Shown: positions 11,231 to 23,554 of the stretch, piece after piece
Layout: the number at the start of each line of letters is the position of its first letter
Position numbering within the stretch: the first letter of the stretch is position 1
Source of the DNA: Nemertoderma westbladi
Lineage: Eukaryota > Animalia > Xenacoelomorpha
Length of the DNA stretch: 34,492 nt
Assembly: GCA_032718475.1 (NCBI GenBank)
Contig: JAUCBJ010000635.1
Span: forward strand, 1-34,492
Direction: 5' to 3'
The notes under the pieces: generated by a model
Seen by the model: only the letters and a program-made list of their open reading frames with translations
Databases searched by the model: none
What the model was told of the DNA's origin: nothing
Translations under genes and position numbers: made by a program

Positions 11231-12682
11231 CAGCTAGTTGTTATTTAGCACTTTACAACTTAGAGGACATTACAGTATTATATTGGCCTGCACATTTAGA
11301 ATTGGATTTTGTGTTATTAGTTAAGTAATATCCGATTAGCGGACATCACAACACGCCGTCATGGTTACCACATACACAATAGGTGGTATTTACTATTAAT
11401 GGCCTGACAGCCAGATAGGCCTAATGCATTACCTACAGCTAGCTATTAATAACCAGTAGTTATAAACTATTAAGATAGCTCCAAACGCCACCATAAATAT
11501 AAGCTAACTTATTTATAACACAATTTATGTCATTTTTACATTTATTTATACAGCAACTAATTTAATTTGTGCGGTTTCTATCACTTATAATATATATACA
11601 ATTATTTCGTAATGTTACAATTTTGGAATAAAACTACATACATACTTGTTACAAAGTACTTTACAGTGTTCTGATCCTCGTGACTTTATTTTCACTCCCT
11701 CACTATGTTCGTTCGTGTAACAAAGCACTCGGATCATTATACTGTAAAGTGATACAGTACTTTACACACAAGTATGTAAATAGTATGTAAATATTACTTA
11801 ACACTTTGTGGTGATTTTTATAAGCATGGTTGAGTGCCATCTGTCTTGACTTAAAGTTATATGTATAACTTTATTTTAAACTAATAGATTTTAGAGAATT
11901 AACAATTACAGTACAGTATTATTATTAATATAATAATTAAAATGGACGAAAATAAAAGCTGATTTATTAATAAAAAAAAAAGAAACTGAAACCTGTATGT
12001 TCTATTAAATTCGGTTTATTGTTTTGGTTAGAATAATGTGCCACAGAGACCTGCTCCTTTCCCTTAATTAATAATTTAAGATTGGGACGAGATATTAATT
12101 CGCCGAGTTCCCCCCCCCCCCCCCCCCCCTGTCACCCGTAAGGATACGCAATAAGAACCGCGAAAGTAAAATAATTATCTGATAGTTGATCATCCTGTAA
12201 CTGTAAAACTGTTAAGTTTTCTGGAATGAAAACAATAAATTATACCACTTCAAATTTTAGAGCTATATAGTTCTGATAATCTCAATTATGAAATTGTAGA
12301 CGGGGCTGGGGGGGGGGGGGGGGGGGGGGGGACACTTCACGTGAATTCCGTATCATTTTTGCTATTGTGAGAATTTCAGCCTGGGGTACAACATTCAATA
12401 CAATAATTTAAAACATTAAGACATTTTCATTCCCAACATATTTACTGCTTACTCATTGACTTTATGAAATTTATAACTAATCAACTAACATCGTAATATT
12501 TATAATATTATCATAATATTAATAATCGAAACAGTAAGCTTGCATAACTAAAATCACAGGCAGTGAAATCTCTAGTATTTGAGATCTGCAATTAGCGTAA
12601 TAATCAGTGTAAAAGTTACATCTAAAATGATAAAATAAGATCTAATATTTCAAGATTTGGTGTAAAAAGTAACATATATTCG

Positions 12683-15427
12683 TTAGTTATCACCTGGACA
12701 TTTAGTACCTTCCTTATCCCAAATTAATGTGTTAATATGTTTGACACGTCTTCTTGAACGCGACGGTCCAATCAACGACAGCAGAACCGGTAGGAATATT
12801 AGTCCGTGAAGAACTCCTAATGTATTGACTAACACCATCATCTTAAAGAATGAAATGAAAACGTAAGACTCGGCATTAACCAGAGTAATAACCCCTAGGA
12901 TGGAAGTTACTGCAGCATTGAGCACGGGGACCCCAACTCGCGATAGCCCGCGAGCCATACGCTCGTCGCGTGTCACCCCATCGCTCGTCATGAACGCGTG
13001 ACACACATGAGCGCATGCATCGACAGTGAACCCAATACTGAGGACTATCTCTATCATTGTCACAGAGTTGAGAGTCAGTCCCCAGAAGTGCATCAAACCG
13101 ATCATATCCGTTATGACCATGGTCATGATAACAGTGATGTAGACTGCTGATAGCGGATGAGGTATGAAGATTACGGCGACTATAAACATAGCCGCCACAC
13201 CCATTCCGATTGTCTGCAATGTGCTACGGAGTACCGTTACGTATTGTTCGTAGTATATGAAAGCGCCGGTGTAAGCAAACGCAGGGATATTACTTGCGTC
13301 GACTATGGAACGAACTCCCAGCATCATAGCGCCCTCTTCAGTCGATGTGTTGAACTGGGTGGCCAATACGTACATCCTAGAAGCCGCAATACTAGTTTCG
13401 TTCTTAGACCACAATATGTCGTCAGAGAAAGTGGTTCCGAAATAGTTGTCGGAATTTTGTAGAAATTCTGCTAATTTTTGTACGAAAATCGATTTCGTGT
13501 GCGGTAACGTTTCGTTGACAGACTTTAGGTACATATCAAAACTAAGTAGCCATGATATAACAACATTGCTATTAACGAAATCAGATGAAGTGAGGTTATT
13601 GATGAGTTGTGTGATGTTGGTTTGAACTTCTTTGTCCCAGTAATCTATAGGTTCATCAAAAACTATTTGAATGGCGGAACCGCCTCTGCCAAAATACTTA
13701 TCTGTATAATGGGTAACGTTTACGAAATAAGAATCTTTCGCAATAATGTAGTTCAGTTCTAGGCCTTCCTGAAGATTCATTGTACCCCAGACACCCACAC
13801 CCAATAGCGCAGCGAATAATAGCAAAATTAAAATCTTAATAAATTTATTTTTCAAAGAAATCGGAAGGCACTTTCTAGGCAATGACTCGCATATGGAATC
13901 GTCTGCGACATTGCTGTTGGGTGGTTCCCCGTTACAACACATGATGGCGCATAAACTTTGGCCGCGTTCTATCATTTCTGCTTTGGATGCGACGACTTTA
14001 CAGGTAAAGGCGTGGCGATTCGCATAGACTCTTCTAGAGTGAATGGTAAGAGCGGCACCGAAGAAGAGGAGTTGATTGAGGTAGGAGATAAAGACGGCGA
14101 AACCCGTGTAGATGCAGAAGTAGCGAACGCTGGCAAAGGGAGTGGTAGTCCCAGCGAGAAACGCCAAGAAATCTGTGAGCGAAGTAATTGTTATACCGAC
14201 CGCGGCTCTTCTGAAGGTCAACCCGATGTGGCGTTCCACCGAATCTTGCATGCCTACGTCTTTCCACCCCGCTAGCAACAAGAACATATCGTCCACGCCG
14301 ATTCCTATAATGAGATACGGCATAACCCCGACGATACTAACGAATGTTACCCCGGTTAGAGACAACAAACCAATGGTAAACACTATGGCAAGCACAGTTG
14401 CTATGATACCCGCATTTGTTAACAGGCTTTTCGAGGTGACCCAGTTACCACCACTGTTTACTAAAGATGCGTATAAACACATGATAGCGAAAGTAAGTGC
14501 AAAAGATGTGACGTCAGTTCCGGTGCCACCATTTGCCTCTATACTCAAACTCCGTGGCACCGAGCGGTACATCATTGAATTATTTAATGTTTCTATGACA
14601 ACGCCAACACTTTCGAGGAATTTATCTTCGAACATCAAAGAAATTTCCTTTTCTTCGTGATTTCCTTGTCTGAGATTCCAGCGAAACCTCAACGCTTCGG
14701 CGGAGACCAGAAACTGGGTTGTTAGGAAACGAGGATCACTGGTAGTGTTAATCCAGGGTAGTGGCCAATCAGCACGCGACACGTTCATTGTTGACTTCCA
14801 TTCTTCTAAGCTACTCACTACTATAAGATTCGGTTTGCCAATTTCGAAACTGATAGTAATTTTTCTCCCGTCGCGCAGCCATATGATTGGGAACGGAATG
14901 GGTCGAGTTTTTATTTGCTCTCGTATTTTATTCTCATCGAAGTAACTTAGCAACCATTCACCGTTACAACGCCCATGTACTTTCAAACAAATATCTTTGT
15001 ATTTATATATATTTCCATTGGATGATATAGTTACATTTTCCACTATGTGTTTCACTTTGTACAAGTCCAGCAAAGATTCGGAATTCAACACACTGGAACC
15101 TTCAGGAGAACCAGTGATTATCACTTCCCCATACAGACCCATATTTGGGAGTTGGAAATTCTCTAGACTTTTCCCGGCTCTCAGTGGGAATATCTTATTC
15201 AATCTCTGCCGGTCGAGCACCGATTGGCTATTGGACGGGGTGTACAACTGCTCTACGTCCGATGATTGGTTCATATTTACTATGCCAAGGGCCATCAATC
15301 CACTAATCGAAACCACACAGAAGATAATATACCAAGGGTATCGAGATACAATATGCCCAATCTTCTCGAACAGTCGACCCATGAAGGTGTCCACCGCCAT
15401 TACTTTGTGGGATGCACAACACTCCAT
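12683..15427 (-). CDS. PTCHD3: Patched domain-containing protein (PTCHD3/Ptr-like sterol-sensing RND transporter), 914 aa, single coding exon
   Basis: Uninterrupted ORF; first ATG at 15427 (MECCASH...; the track start at 15478 is a GTG). 1+5+1+5 transmembrane layout with two large NxS/T-rich loops; SSD motif MPYLIIGIGVDDMFLL; ITITSLTDFLAF; second-half motif IGFTVDACAHVCHAF; HGLIFLPVLLS near the C-terminus. The symbol denotes family, not proven orthology. Confidence 0.93.
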   Translation of the reverse strand: MECCASHKVMAVDTFMGRLFEKIGHIVSRYPWYIIFCVVSISGLMALGIVNMNQSSDVEQLYTPSNSQSVLDRQRLNKIFPLRAGKSLENFQLPNMGLYGEVIITGSPEGSSVLNSESLLDLYKVKHIVENVTISSNGNIYKYKDICLKVHGRCNGEWLLSYFDENKIREQIKTRPIPFPIIWLRDGRKITISFEIGKPNLIVVSSLEEWKSTMNVSRADWPLPWINTTSDPRFLTTQFLVSAEALRFRWNLRQGNHEEKEISLMFEDKFLESVGVVIETLNNSMMYRSVPRSLSIEANGGTGTDVTSFALTFAIMCLYASLVNSGGNWVTSKSLLTNAGIIATVLAIVFTIGLLSLTGVTFVSIVGVMPYLIIGIGVDDMFLLLAGWKDVGMQDSVERHIGLTFRRAAVGITITSLTDFLAFLAGTTTPFASVRYFCIYTGFAVFISYLNQLLFFGAALTIHSRRVYANRHAFTCKVVASKAEMIERGQSLCAIMCCNGEPPNSNVADDSICESLPRKCLPISLKNKFIKILILLLFAALLGVGVWGTMNLQEGLELNYIIAKDSYFVNVTHYTDKYFGRGGSAIQIVFDEPIDYWDKEVQTNITQLINNLTSSDFVNSNVVISWLLSFDMYLKSVNETLPHTKSIFVQKLAEFLQNSDNYFGTTFSDDILWSKNETSIAASRMYVLATQFNTSTEEGAMMLGVRSIVDASNIPAFAYTGAFIYYEQYVTVLRSTLQTIGMGVAAMFIVAVIFIPHPLSAVYITVIMTMVITDMIGLMHFWGLTLNSVTMIEIVLSIGFTVDACAHVCHAFMTSDGVTRDERMARGLSRVGVPVLNAAVTSILGVITLVNAESYVFISFFKMMVLVNTLGVLHGLIFLPVLLSLIGPSRSRRRVKHINTLIWDKEGTKCPGDN

Positions 15428-16687
15428 TGCCGTAAGTATAAAGATGTCCAACAATCCAGTTGTCCAGATCCCTTGCACTAATTTAGCTAACTAGTTATCG
15501 TTATTAAATTGTGTGCTGTACTGCAAAATAATATACAAAAAGTAGATTCAACATAGGGCCTAAATTGTATTGAAATATTTAAAAATCTCAGGAAAAATTG
15601 CCCATACAGCAAAAACGATACTTGAGAATTTCACAATTATGACAAGATTTGCAGTATAAAGAAATCTATAGACTTAACATGAGCAGAGGGGGTGGGTTCA
15701 AAGTATGGAGTAGGGTACAAACTTCACAGAGTCGAAATATTTCGAAATCGGGCATATTAGAATTATTTTTAACGAACTATATTTGTATAGACAATATACA
15801 AATAGGAAATACTGACAATGTTATCGCCCTTTTATAGCTGGTGCTTGTGTTATTCGATACTGTTAGTATTAATGCAATGGGTAAAATCCGGGAAACCTCA
15901 ACACAATCACAATCACACAATCAGAGCAGAAAACTAAACATACGAAACTAACGAACAACCCAATCACAAACATCTGACCCCCCTCCCAGGTTCATGGTTG
16001 AGAAATACGGGGTAAAGTTTGCATATTCCCGAATAAACCCCTTATTCTGACTTCACTATAATCCTAATTTTTCATCCCTTTAGGAGTGAAAAGGGCTTAT
16101 CTGCGGCCCCCAGATTGTATTAACAAGTAGAACTAGGCCACCTGCAGAAGGACAATCAAACCACGTGAAGTAATAAAAAAAAAACTGGCGCAAGGAGCGA
16201 TAAAACTAAAATTATCAGAAGTTGTATCAGACTATCGAATTACATAAATAAATTAAATTAATTTCGGGAAGAGATCCGTATGATTTTTAACTTTTATTTA
16301 TTTCAACTTACTTTACATGCATTCAACAACGTGGAATGAATTTATTATTCATTTATAACATAAAGTCCTTAAGATAAATAATTTAAAATTTTAAAATTAA
16401 GATAAATTAAATTATTTATTTAGATTAAATTAATTAGATAATACAAAAATATAGAACAGAAATACCATACAAGTTGATGCCTAGGTGAAAGTTAACATTC
16501 TAGAACACAATAATTACTTTACCGTTTACAAATCCCTAAATTAATTACGTACATAGTAATAAGTTCATTAATTACATATTAAAATGTAAAAATACTACTC
16601 AGAAAAAGAAACATAGGAAGACAACAGGTAAAATCCAAAACATGTCGCATTTGTACAATCTAGTAAACAAACCAATAAACTACCAAA

Positions 16688-17734
16688 ATGGAAAGCCATG
16701 CACCGGTGTCCTGTAACATTCCTGCATTTGCAGGAGTCAGAAAATCGTTAGCCAAACGAGAAAAAATATTATCCGACGAAGAGATATTGGGAAAACAAGG
16801 ATACAATTTATTACCTGGCCAACTCGGGGAAGGATCGTATGCCAAAGTTAAAAAGGCAAAGAAACTTGATATAAATAAAAATGTAGCACTAAAAATAATC
16901 GACAAATCAGATGCACCGGAGAAATTCCTCTCTAAATTCTTACCTAGAGAATTGACCTGCCTACAGAAAATAAAACATGAAAATATTATACATATGTACG
17001 ATATACTTTATATCAACAACAAAGTTGTCATAGTCCTGGAATTAGCGAGTCGCGGAGATTTACTAGAGTATATCAAACTTCGACAGAACATAGTTGAAGA
17101 AGTAGCTGGCAAGTTCTTCATGCAGCTTACAGATGCGATAAAATACATCCATGGCCAAGGCATATGCCACCGAGATCTCAAATGCGAAAACGTTCTGTTG
17201 CATACTGAAAGAGTGGAGGACAATAAAGTTGAAGGAAATATTAATAACGGTGGAAATAATAAAAAGAAAGGCAATAATAACAATGAAGTAATTAATAATG
17301 GAGGAAGTTATAAAGTAAAACTTACTGACTTTGGGTTTGGAAGAGAATTCGGCAAGAAAGAATTATCCGAAACATTTTGCGGTTCTGCGGCGTATGCGGC
17401 ACCGGAGGTGCTTTCAGGGACGAAATATTCGCCGGTGTATTACGACGTTTGGTCGTGCGGGATAATTCTCTACATAATGGTGAATGGGTCCATGCCTTAC
17501 GACGACACCAAACTACAGCATATGGTAAAAATGCAGAGAGATCATCAACTCCGTTTCTCCAGTAAGGTCCAGTTGTCTACAGAAGTGAAGAACCTTATTA
17601 AGCAAATTCTGCATCCTGTACCGGAAAAGAGACCGTCATTACAAGAAATACAAGACGACGTTTGGCTGAAAGGCATTAGAGAGAAACTTCAAGAGGAGAA
17701 AAACACTCTTCATAAAAATGAAGCAAATAATTAA
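16688..17734 (+). CDS. TSSK: Testis-specific serine/threonine kinase (TSSK family, CAMK group), 348 aa, intronless
   Basis: LGEGSYAKVK, VALKIIDK..AP..FL.KFLPREL, HRDLKCENVLL, DFGFGR, LSETFCGSAAYAAPEVL, DVWSCGIILYIMVNGSMPYDD. KFLPRE, DLKCEN and LS.TFCGS are TSSK hallmarks. Confidence 0.95.
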   Translation: MESHAPVSCNIPAFAGVRKSLAKREKILSDEEILGKQGYNLLPGQLGEGSYAKVKKAKKLDINKNVALKIIDKSDAPEKFLSKFLPRELTCLQKIKHENIIHMYDILYINNKVVIVLELASRGDLLEYIKLRQNIVEEVAGKFFMQLTDAIKYIHGQGICHRDLKCENVLLHTERVEDNKVEGNINNGGNNKKKGNNNNEVINNGGSYKVKLTDFGFGREFGKKELSETFCGSAAYAAPEVLSGTKYSPVYYDVWSCGIILYIMVNGSMPYDDTKLQHMVKMQRDHQLRFSSKVQLSTEVKNLIKQILHPVPEKRPSLQEIQDDVWLKGIREKLQEEKNTLHKNEANN

Positions 17735-17757
17735 TAATAATAATAATAATAAATAAA
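17732..17757 (+). terminator. (TAA)n run starting at the TSSK stop, with candidate AATAAA polyadenylation signals
   Basis: TAA x7 from 17732; AATAAA at 17748-17753 and 17752-17757. Use in vivo unverified. Confidence 0.4.
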
Positions 17758-20410
17758 CAATGAAAATATTTCAATAAGATAACATTATAGACCAATCACA
17801 TCCAAATATTCAACATATACTACACCCGTTGTAATACAGTGGAACCCTCTGTATTCAGATGGTTCGTATTTTCTTTAGCTGAATTTCCGTAATATCCCCC
17901 CCCCCCCTACCCTAATTTTCCCATTACAAATCCTCAGGAGATGGTAAGAAATTTGAAATAGGTAGAGATTTAGTTAGTTGGACATCCTGACTTCTAACTT
18001 TTGCGAACAATCATCGTTTAACTACAGCCACAGGCTTTTAAAAAGTTTCTCAGTCGCTATTTCACCAGTTGTACCGATTATTATTAAATCTTACAGTAGT
18101 TTGTTGGAAATACAAGGTTGACATCTTTATAAATCTGTAACAAAATCTGAATTTCGTCAAGAAGTAGCTGAGATATGGAAGTTCAATAATTATTACACAA
18201 TTATGTAGCTATTCATACATAAACAAAATGGTGTAGAATATTGTGTATTTTTATTTTATTAAATAGAATAAAACACCGCAAATGCAAATACATGGGTACT
18301 AATATATGTATAATAGTATGGGCCTTTCAAATGTCCTCAAATATCTCAAGCTAAAATTATCATTTTGTGTGCCTGCACGTTAAATTGCCAACCTAGGTAT
18401 GTTTTATGGAAAACTATTAATATTTAACTATACGTCATTGTATCGTCATTGCATAAAATAGCACATAATAGCGTTACGGCAGGAGTGATTTTGTTTAATA
18501 GAACGAGGGTCGTAAAAGCTTTAATGTGCTAATTCTTAATTATGAACAATGGCGAATCCAATGTTATTTATTTGTGGGGAATTATTATTTGTAGGTATGC
18601 ACTTAAACTTTCTAGAACAACCTAATACTGGTGACATACTGGAAATACATAGTAAAATGTATGGCGTAGGGACATACTGAGAAACAATGTCGCACTGCGA
18701 TATAAAGTTAGAAAATAATATGTCGCCCTGGCGATTTGGTAGTGCGAAATTAATTCCATACAAATAAATAATAATCTATTTCAATTTTCTTGCAAATATT
18801 GAATAATTATTTTTGCAATATTAGGTGTTTAAGTATGTTTGACTTCGCCGAGTTAAATAGCTTTTAATCTGCTTTTAAAATAAGCTCCTTTTCTACACTT
18901 GATTATTAAACTAATTATAAAGATATACGGAGGCCCTACATAAATTTCTTAAGTAAACATTTTTGTTCTAGAATCTTAAAGCGGATATATTTTCTACAAC
19001 AATAAGTAATGTAAACAGCCCATAACAGTAAAAAATTCCAAAAGGGGGGTGGGTGTACACACACACATGTTACAAGGCAATTCCATATACATTATAAAAT
19101 ACTGTACTTCATTATTAAGGGCCTAAGTTTAATACATGATTAAGTTTAGTGCCGGAATGGAGACTTCATTGTGCACGTAGGAGTAGTCATTGCGTTATAA
19201 AATATATAACCTGGAATCTATTATGTTGGCTCGCCTCTGGAAAAACAAAATTTTGTATTTACAAGATATTTGTGTTTATATGTTAGCTAATAACTGGAGG
19301 GCAGGCAACCTACATTCTGTAGGTAGCTGAAACCTTCTTCTGATATTTGACAACTTTTTTTTTGTTTCACTCAAGCGGCGTGTATTGGAATTAAATATTT
19401 AGCTAAAAAACACGAATAGTTAGTTCCTTGATATTTATCGAAATCTTTTGAAACTTACTTTTTGGATTCAGCAGTCAGCACCTTCGACATTACAAAAACT
19501 CTCCAGTTTTCTCAGATTTTTTTAATTACTGCACCAATTTATAATTCAATTCATTAAAATTCGCAATAATGATTGAAGACAACTTTTTAAAAAAAGGGAG
19601 CTGCCCAGAGAGTTCTTCAAGATCTTCTAAAAAAATCTTTCAAACGAGCCATGAATTATCGAATTAGGGTGAAAAATGAAGGAGTTGTAGTATTTCCGAG
19701 ATAATTTCCTTTACAGTTTGACCATTCTCGCTCAATACTGTCTGTCTAGGGTCTATCAATCGGTTAGTAACTTTTGGCACTAAGGATGCACACCACCTTA
19801 CTAAAAATATAATTATGGGGGTTTTTCGGAATCGGTGATTTCATTTCCGATGTCAGTTTTAATGTTTTGTGGAATCTAGGCTGTATAAAAAATATCTCGC
19901 TAAGCCATTTTAAGATTTGAAATCCACATCAAATTTTGCATCAGATGAAATAAAAAAAACAAAAATGTGAAAATTTTATTCGAGGGGGTACCCCACTCCC
20001 CCCCCCCCCCTCTCCCCTTAAAAAGGAAACTGAAAGTACTGAATTCATTGAGTGTAAGTTGCAACCTGGTTCTGTAGATTACCCTTTGTTCGGTAGCAAA
20101 TTCGAATTGAGAACGCTTACAAAAACGCTGAATCGGAAATTAATAATAATAAACTAACGTTTAATATAAAATTTATATATATATTTTCATATATCGGAAT
20201 CAAAATCCATGTACATATGATGATAAATAAATTTACTGCATCTAAATGGTAATTAAATATAAATTAGCAAATTATTAACAGCATAAATATATACAAAGTA
20301 AATATAACAGGTTAAATTATTCCGTAATAAATGGGGACAGTTCTATTTAGTTTGGCAATAAGGAAGACAGTTTTGGGTTGACTGATATACTATATAATAT
20401 CCTCTATATA

Positions 20411-20980
20411 CACCATGTCTTGGAATATAGTGTCCTTAAGTTACCTACCACCCCCCCCCCCCCCCCCCTAATATTTTGTGAAGAATAGACTATTAATGAG
20501 ACGAAATTCCAAAAAAGGGTACACTAACACTATAGATCAGAGTTTTCGATGGATAGGATAGTGCACCAGTTGCATGTAGTGGTACTATTTATTGGTAAGG
20601 TGAGGATTCAAATTCGGCAATATAACTGTAATATATGGGCTACATTTAATTACATCTGAGCGAGGCTATTTAATTAACAAATATTCACTATAATGAATAA
20701 ACATAAGATCAACTGATCTAGATATGTTTTTCGCCACTCCCGCTCACAACCCCGTGACTAAAATCAGAGTAAAGAAGAGGAATAACTGCAGTGCGATTAT
20801 CGCATGTAGGAAAAAAATCTGAAAGCAAATATAACAATTTATCAATTATACAGGAAAAGGGCGGGATGTAAACTATCTTATTTATAATTTCATGCAATTT
20901 CATAAACAAACAGTAAACAAAAAAATTAAGGCACCGGTCCAGGTACCGGAATTATAGACACTTTATTGCAGGACATGGTG
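20411..20980. mobile_element. Tc1/mariner-type MITE (570 bp)
   Basis: TA flanks on both sides; 24-bp TIR CACCATGTCTTGGAATATAGTGTC versus CACCATGTCCTGCAATAAAGTGTC (21/24). Confidence 0.8.
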
Positions 20981-22249
20981 TACACTATTATAGCGAAAGA
21001 AATTATAATGCACCATGTAATGGTACTCTTCTACAACCGTTACATTGCTCTGTACGTTGTAGGTAAATTGTACCGGCACCAAAAATAACTGGTCAACGAA
21101 TTCGGTCAGTTCCAAACGCTGTGATAATAAATCAGCGCCCACACTTATATCGAATAAGCACCTAAAAAATAAAACTACTAAAATTTCACAATTACATAAA
21201 GACAATATTGGAAACCTATCGAGGAATAACACTTGGGTGATGTAGCCTGTCAGCAAATATAGAAACTGCACTTTTTTTGCTCTGCTGCCGAATTTCGTAA
21301 AAAAATAGTTGAAATGGGTGTTTATGTTATACTTTTTTAGTATTAGAGAGTCGAAATTTCAGAAAGCCCTCAAAAGCGACATTTTAGGCAGATGCATCTG
21401 GGAGTTGAGGGAAATACTCGGATAATAGCGAATAAACTTTATTGGTAATTTTAGATTTTAACAAAATAACAAGGTAAGACGTTAAAACGCAAAAACTATA
21501 TTTTTTTGAAATTTTTGGAAAATGTTCTCCCTACTTATCACTTTTGGATATCATAAATATAATATAAATTGGAGTTGAGTTGTAAAACTATACCGTTTAC
21601 TATGACAATATTACTTTTAGTTTCCTAAGCAACCATTTCGCTATTCCACTGTTCCAGTGCGGTGAACCCTCGGGGTAAAATAATAAGCTCAATAAATTGT
21701 ACTTAGAAATAAACATTACAGCAGCGCGGTACCGGTACCTCTACTATCAAGTGAGTGTAACAAGAATGTCGACAGAATCAGCTGCAATTTTGAGATAAAA
21801 TAAAAGGCTATTTATTCCCCGCTTAGGAAAAAAATGTTAAAGGCGAAAACCTCATTCGTCGCGAGAGAAAAAACGACCACCTCTGACAGGAAAAATCGCT
21901 AACGAACAATAAACTACAATGAAGCACCTTGTCTCCCACACAATCTCAAACTACGACTGCACACCAAATCACTAAAACCAGTTAATAAATACTGGAAAAA
22001 TAGAACCACTTCATTTCCTTTTACTCTCGTTCAAATTCCATAGAACATAATATTTACAATGAAAAACATTCAGCACATCGCTGACCTGATATAAACGATT
22101 CCTGTTGATCGCGATTGTATCCAAAATCAGAACCAAAGAGTTTGCATTATCATCGTAAGATTGATGGGCGTTACTCACAATACCGGAGTTATTAAGGCGT
22201 GGTGCCGTCGTTATTCATTTAGTAATCCTTTTTACAGATACGCTCGATG

Positions 22250-22276
22250 TTATTTCCACTTTTCAGCCATATCAAG
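22250..22276 (-). CDS. ATG2: ATG2 final coding exon (LDMAEKWK*)
   Basis: Strong acceptor TTTTATTTTCAG| then CTT GAT ATG GCT GAA AAG TGG AAA TAA in phase 0. It completes ...RNQIAPSKQ-LDMAEKWK, matching the ATG2 terminal RNQI.P....D...KW pattern. Confidence 0.85.
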   Translation of the reverse strand, partial: LDMAEKWK

Positions 22277-22709
22277 CTGAAAATAAAACCAAATTATTGT
22301 GACAAATGTATAAGTTTATACATAAGTTTCATATAGTAGTACTATAATATAAAGTCTTCGAGCTTAAATGATTAATAAATTAATTATTCTTAAATTGGTA
22401 CTTTTTTGGTGCTAAATTCTTTAATAAAACATAGCGATATACTAATTAATAATAATAATAATAATATAAAAATAAAACTATAATAATAATATTAATAATT
22501 TAATTACATTACCGGTATACATAATAGCGATTTACTACAGTACAGTAATGTTACAAAATAAAATGAACTGCAGTATTTTACTATACTTTGCCTTACTCAA
22601 TGTTACAATACTGTAATTTAGTGTTCTCGAATATTTATTACGTAACTAGAGAGCCGCTTAACTACCTAAACCAATATAGGATATTGATTCCGTTTTGGTG
22701 TACGCCGCA

Positions 22710-22975
22710 GGCCGCACAGACACTAAAGTTGCAATAACTTTTGAGTGTGTGAATGAATTTGCTCAAATTACTTGCAAACCTCTTCTACGTCGATGCTCTT
22801 TAAATAGATGTAATTAAATTCAAGAAATTCCACCAAAAATATTTTAATTTCTTTTTTCGCCGGGAAAAAAGTAAAATCAATGTAATCCTATGGGTTACTT
22901 TTTATCCCTAGGGAAAAAAAGTGAAACATTTTCTCCCGATTTTGGGGTATATTCGATCGAAAAATTAACAATTTA
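22710..22975 (+). repeat. Dispersed repeat copy 1 (inverted partner at about 30945-31660)
   Basis: CACTAAAGTTGCA, AGAAATTCCACCAAAAATATTT, CCGGG..AAAAAGTAAAATCAATG and TTTTCTCCCGATTTT.GGG.ATATTC all recur colinearly in reverse complement at 30945-31660. Confidence 0.85.
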
Positions 22976-23554
22976 AGAATAAAATTAATTATTTCGAGAT
23001 TAAATTATGGGAGGTTAACCGTTTAACGCCCACCCCTATTTCCCCATGTCAAAAATGTTTTATATTTTGGAAACTAACTCAAAATGGCCCAATAAAAAAA
23101 CTTTACTTTTACACTTTTGCAAAAAAAGTGTTTGTTCAGAAGTTACAGCTATGTTCCATTTAAGGTGCGTTGGGCATTAGAGCACATATTTTTTTCTAAA
23201 TTTTTTGGAAAGGCATTCTCCACCTTTTCTATACTTTATAACACAAACTTTATAAGTTCTTACATAAATTATATAGGACCCCATTGATTGTTCAGAAGCT
23301 ACTGCAGTTAGTTAGGCTATTCAGCTACAGTATGGATAAGCAGGTGTAACACTGATTTACTTACTGATATAAACTAACTGGAAAAAAGTTACTGTTGTTA
23401 AGATAGGTTCCGGTAGCCGTTTATCAGATGATGTATACCGGGATGTTATGTCAGATTTATCTTTCGGTTTATTTAGTATAGTAGATCACTTTCGGTTTAT
23501 CGAGTTCCGTTTCTAGGCCTATAGGTATAGTATATAATGCGTAATGCCTTACCT

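Noticed and set aside
15428-15478. 17-aa N-terminal extension of the PTCHD protein in the ORF track
   Set aside because: Starts at GTG; eukaryotic initiation is expected at the ATG at 15427.
13157-15494. Plus-strand ORFs overlapping PTCHD (and minus-strand ORFs over TSSK)
   Set aside because: Antisense shadows of real coding sequence with no recognisable motifs.
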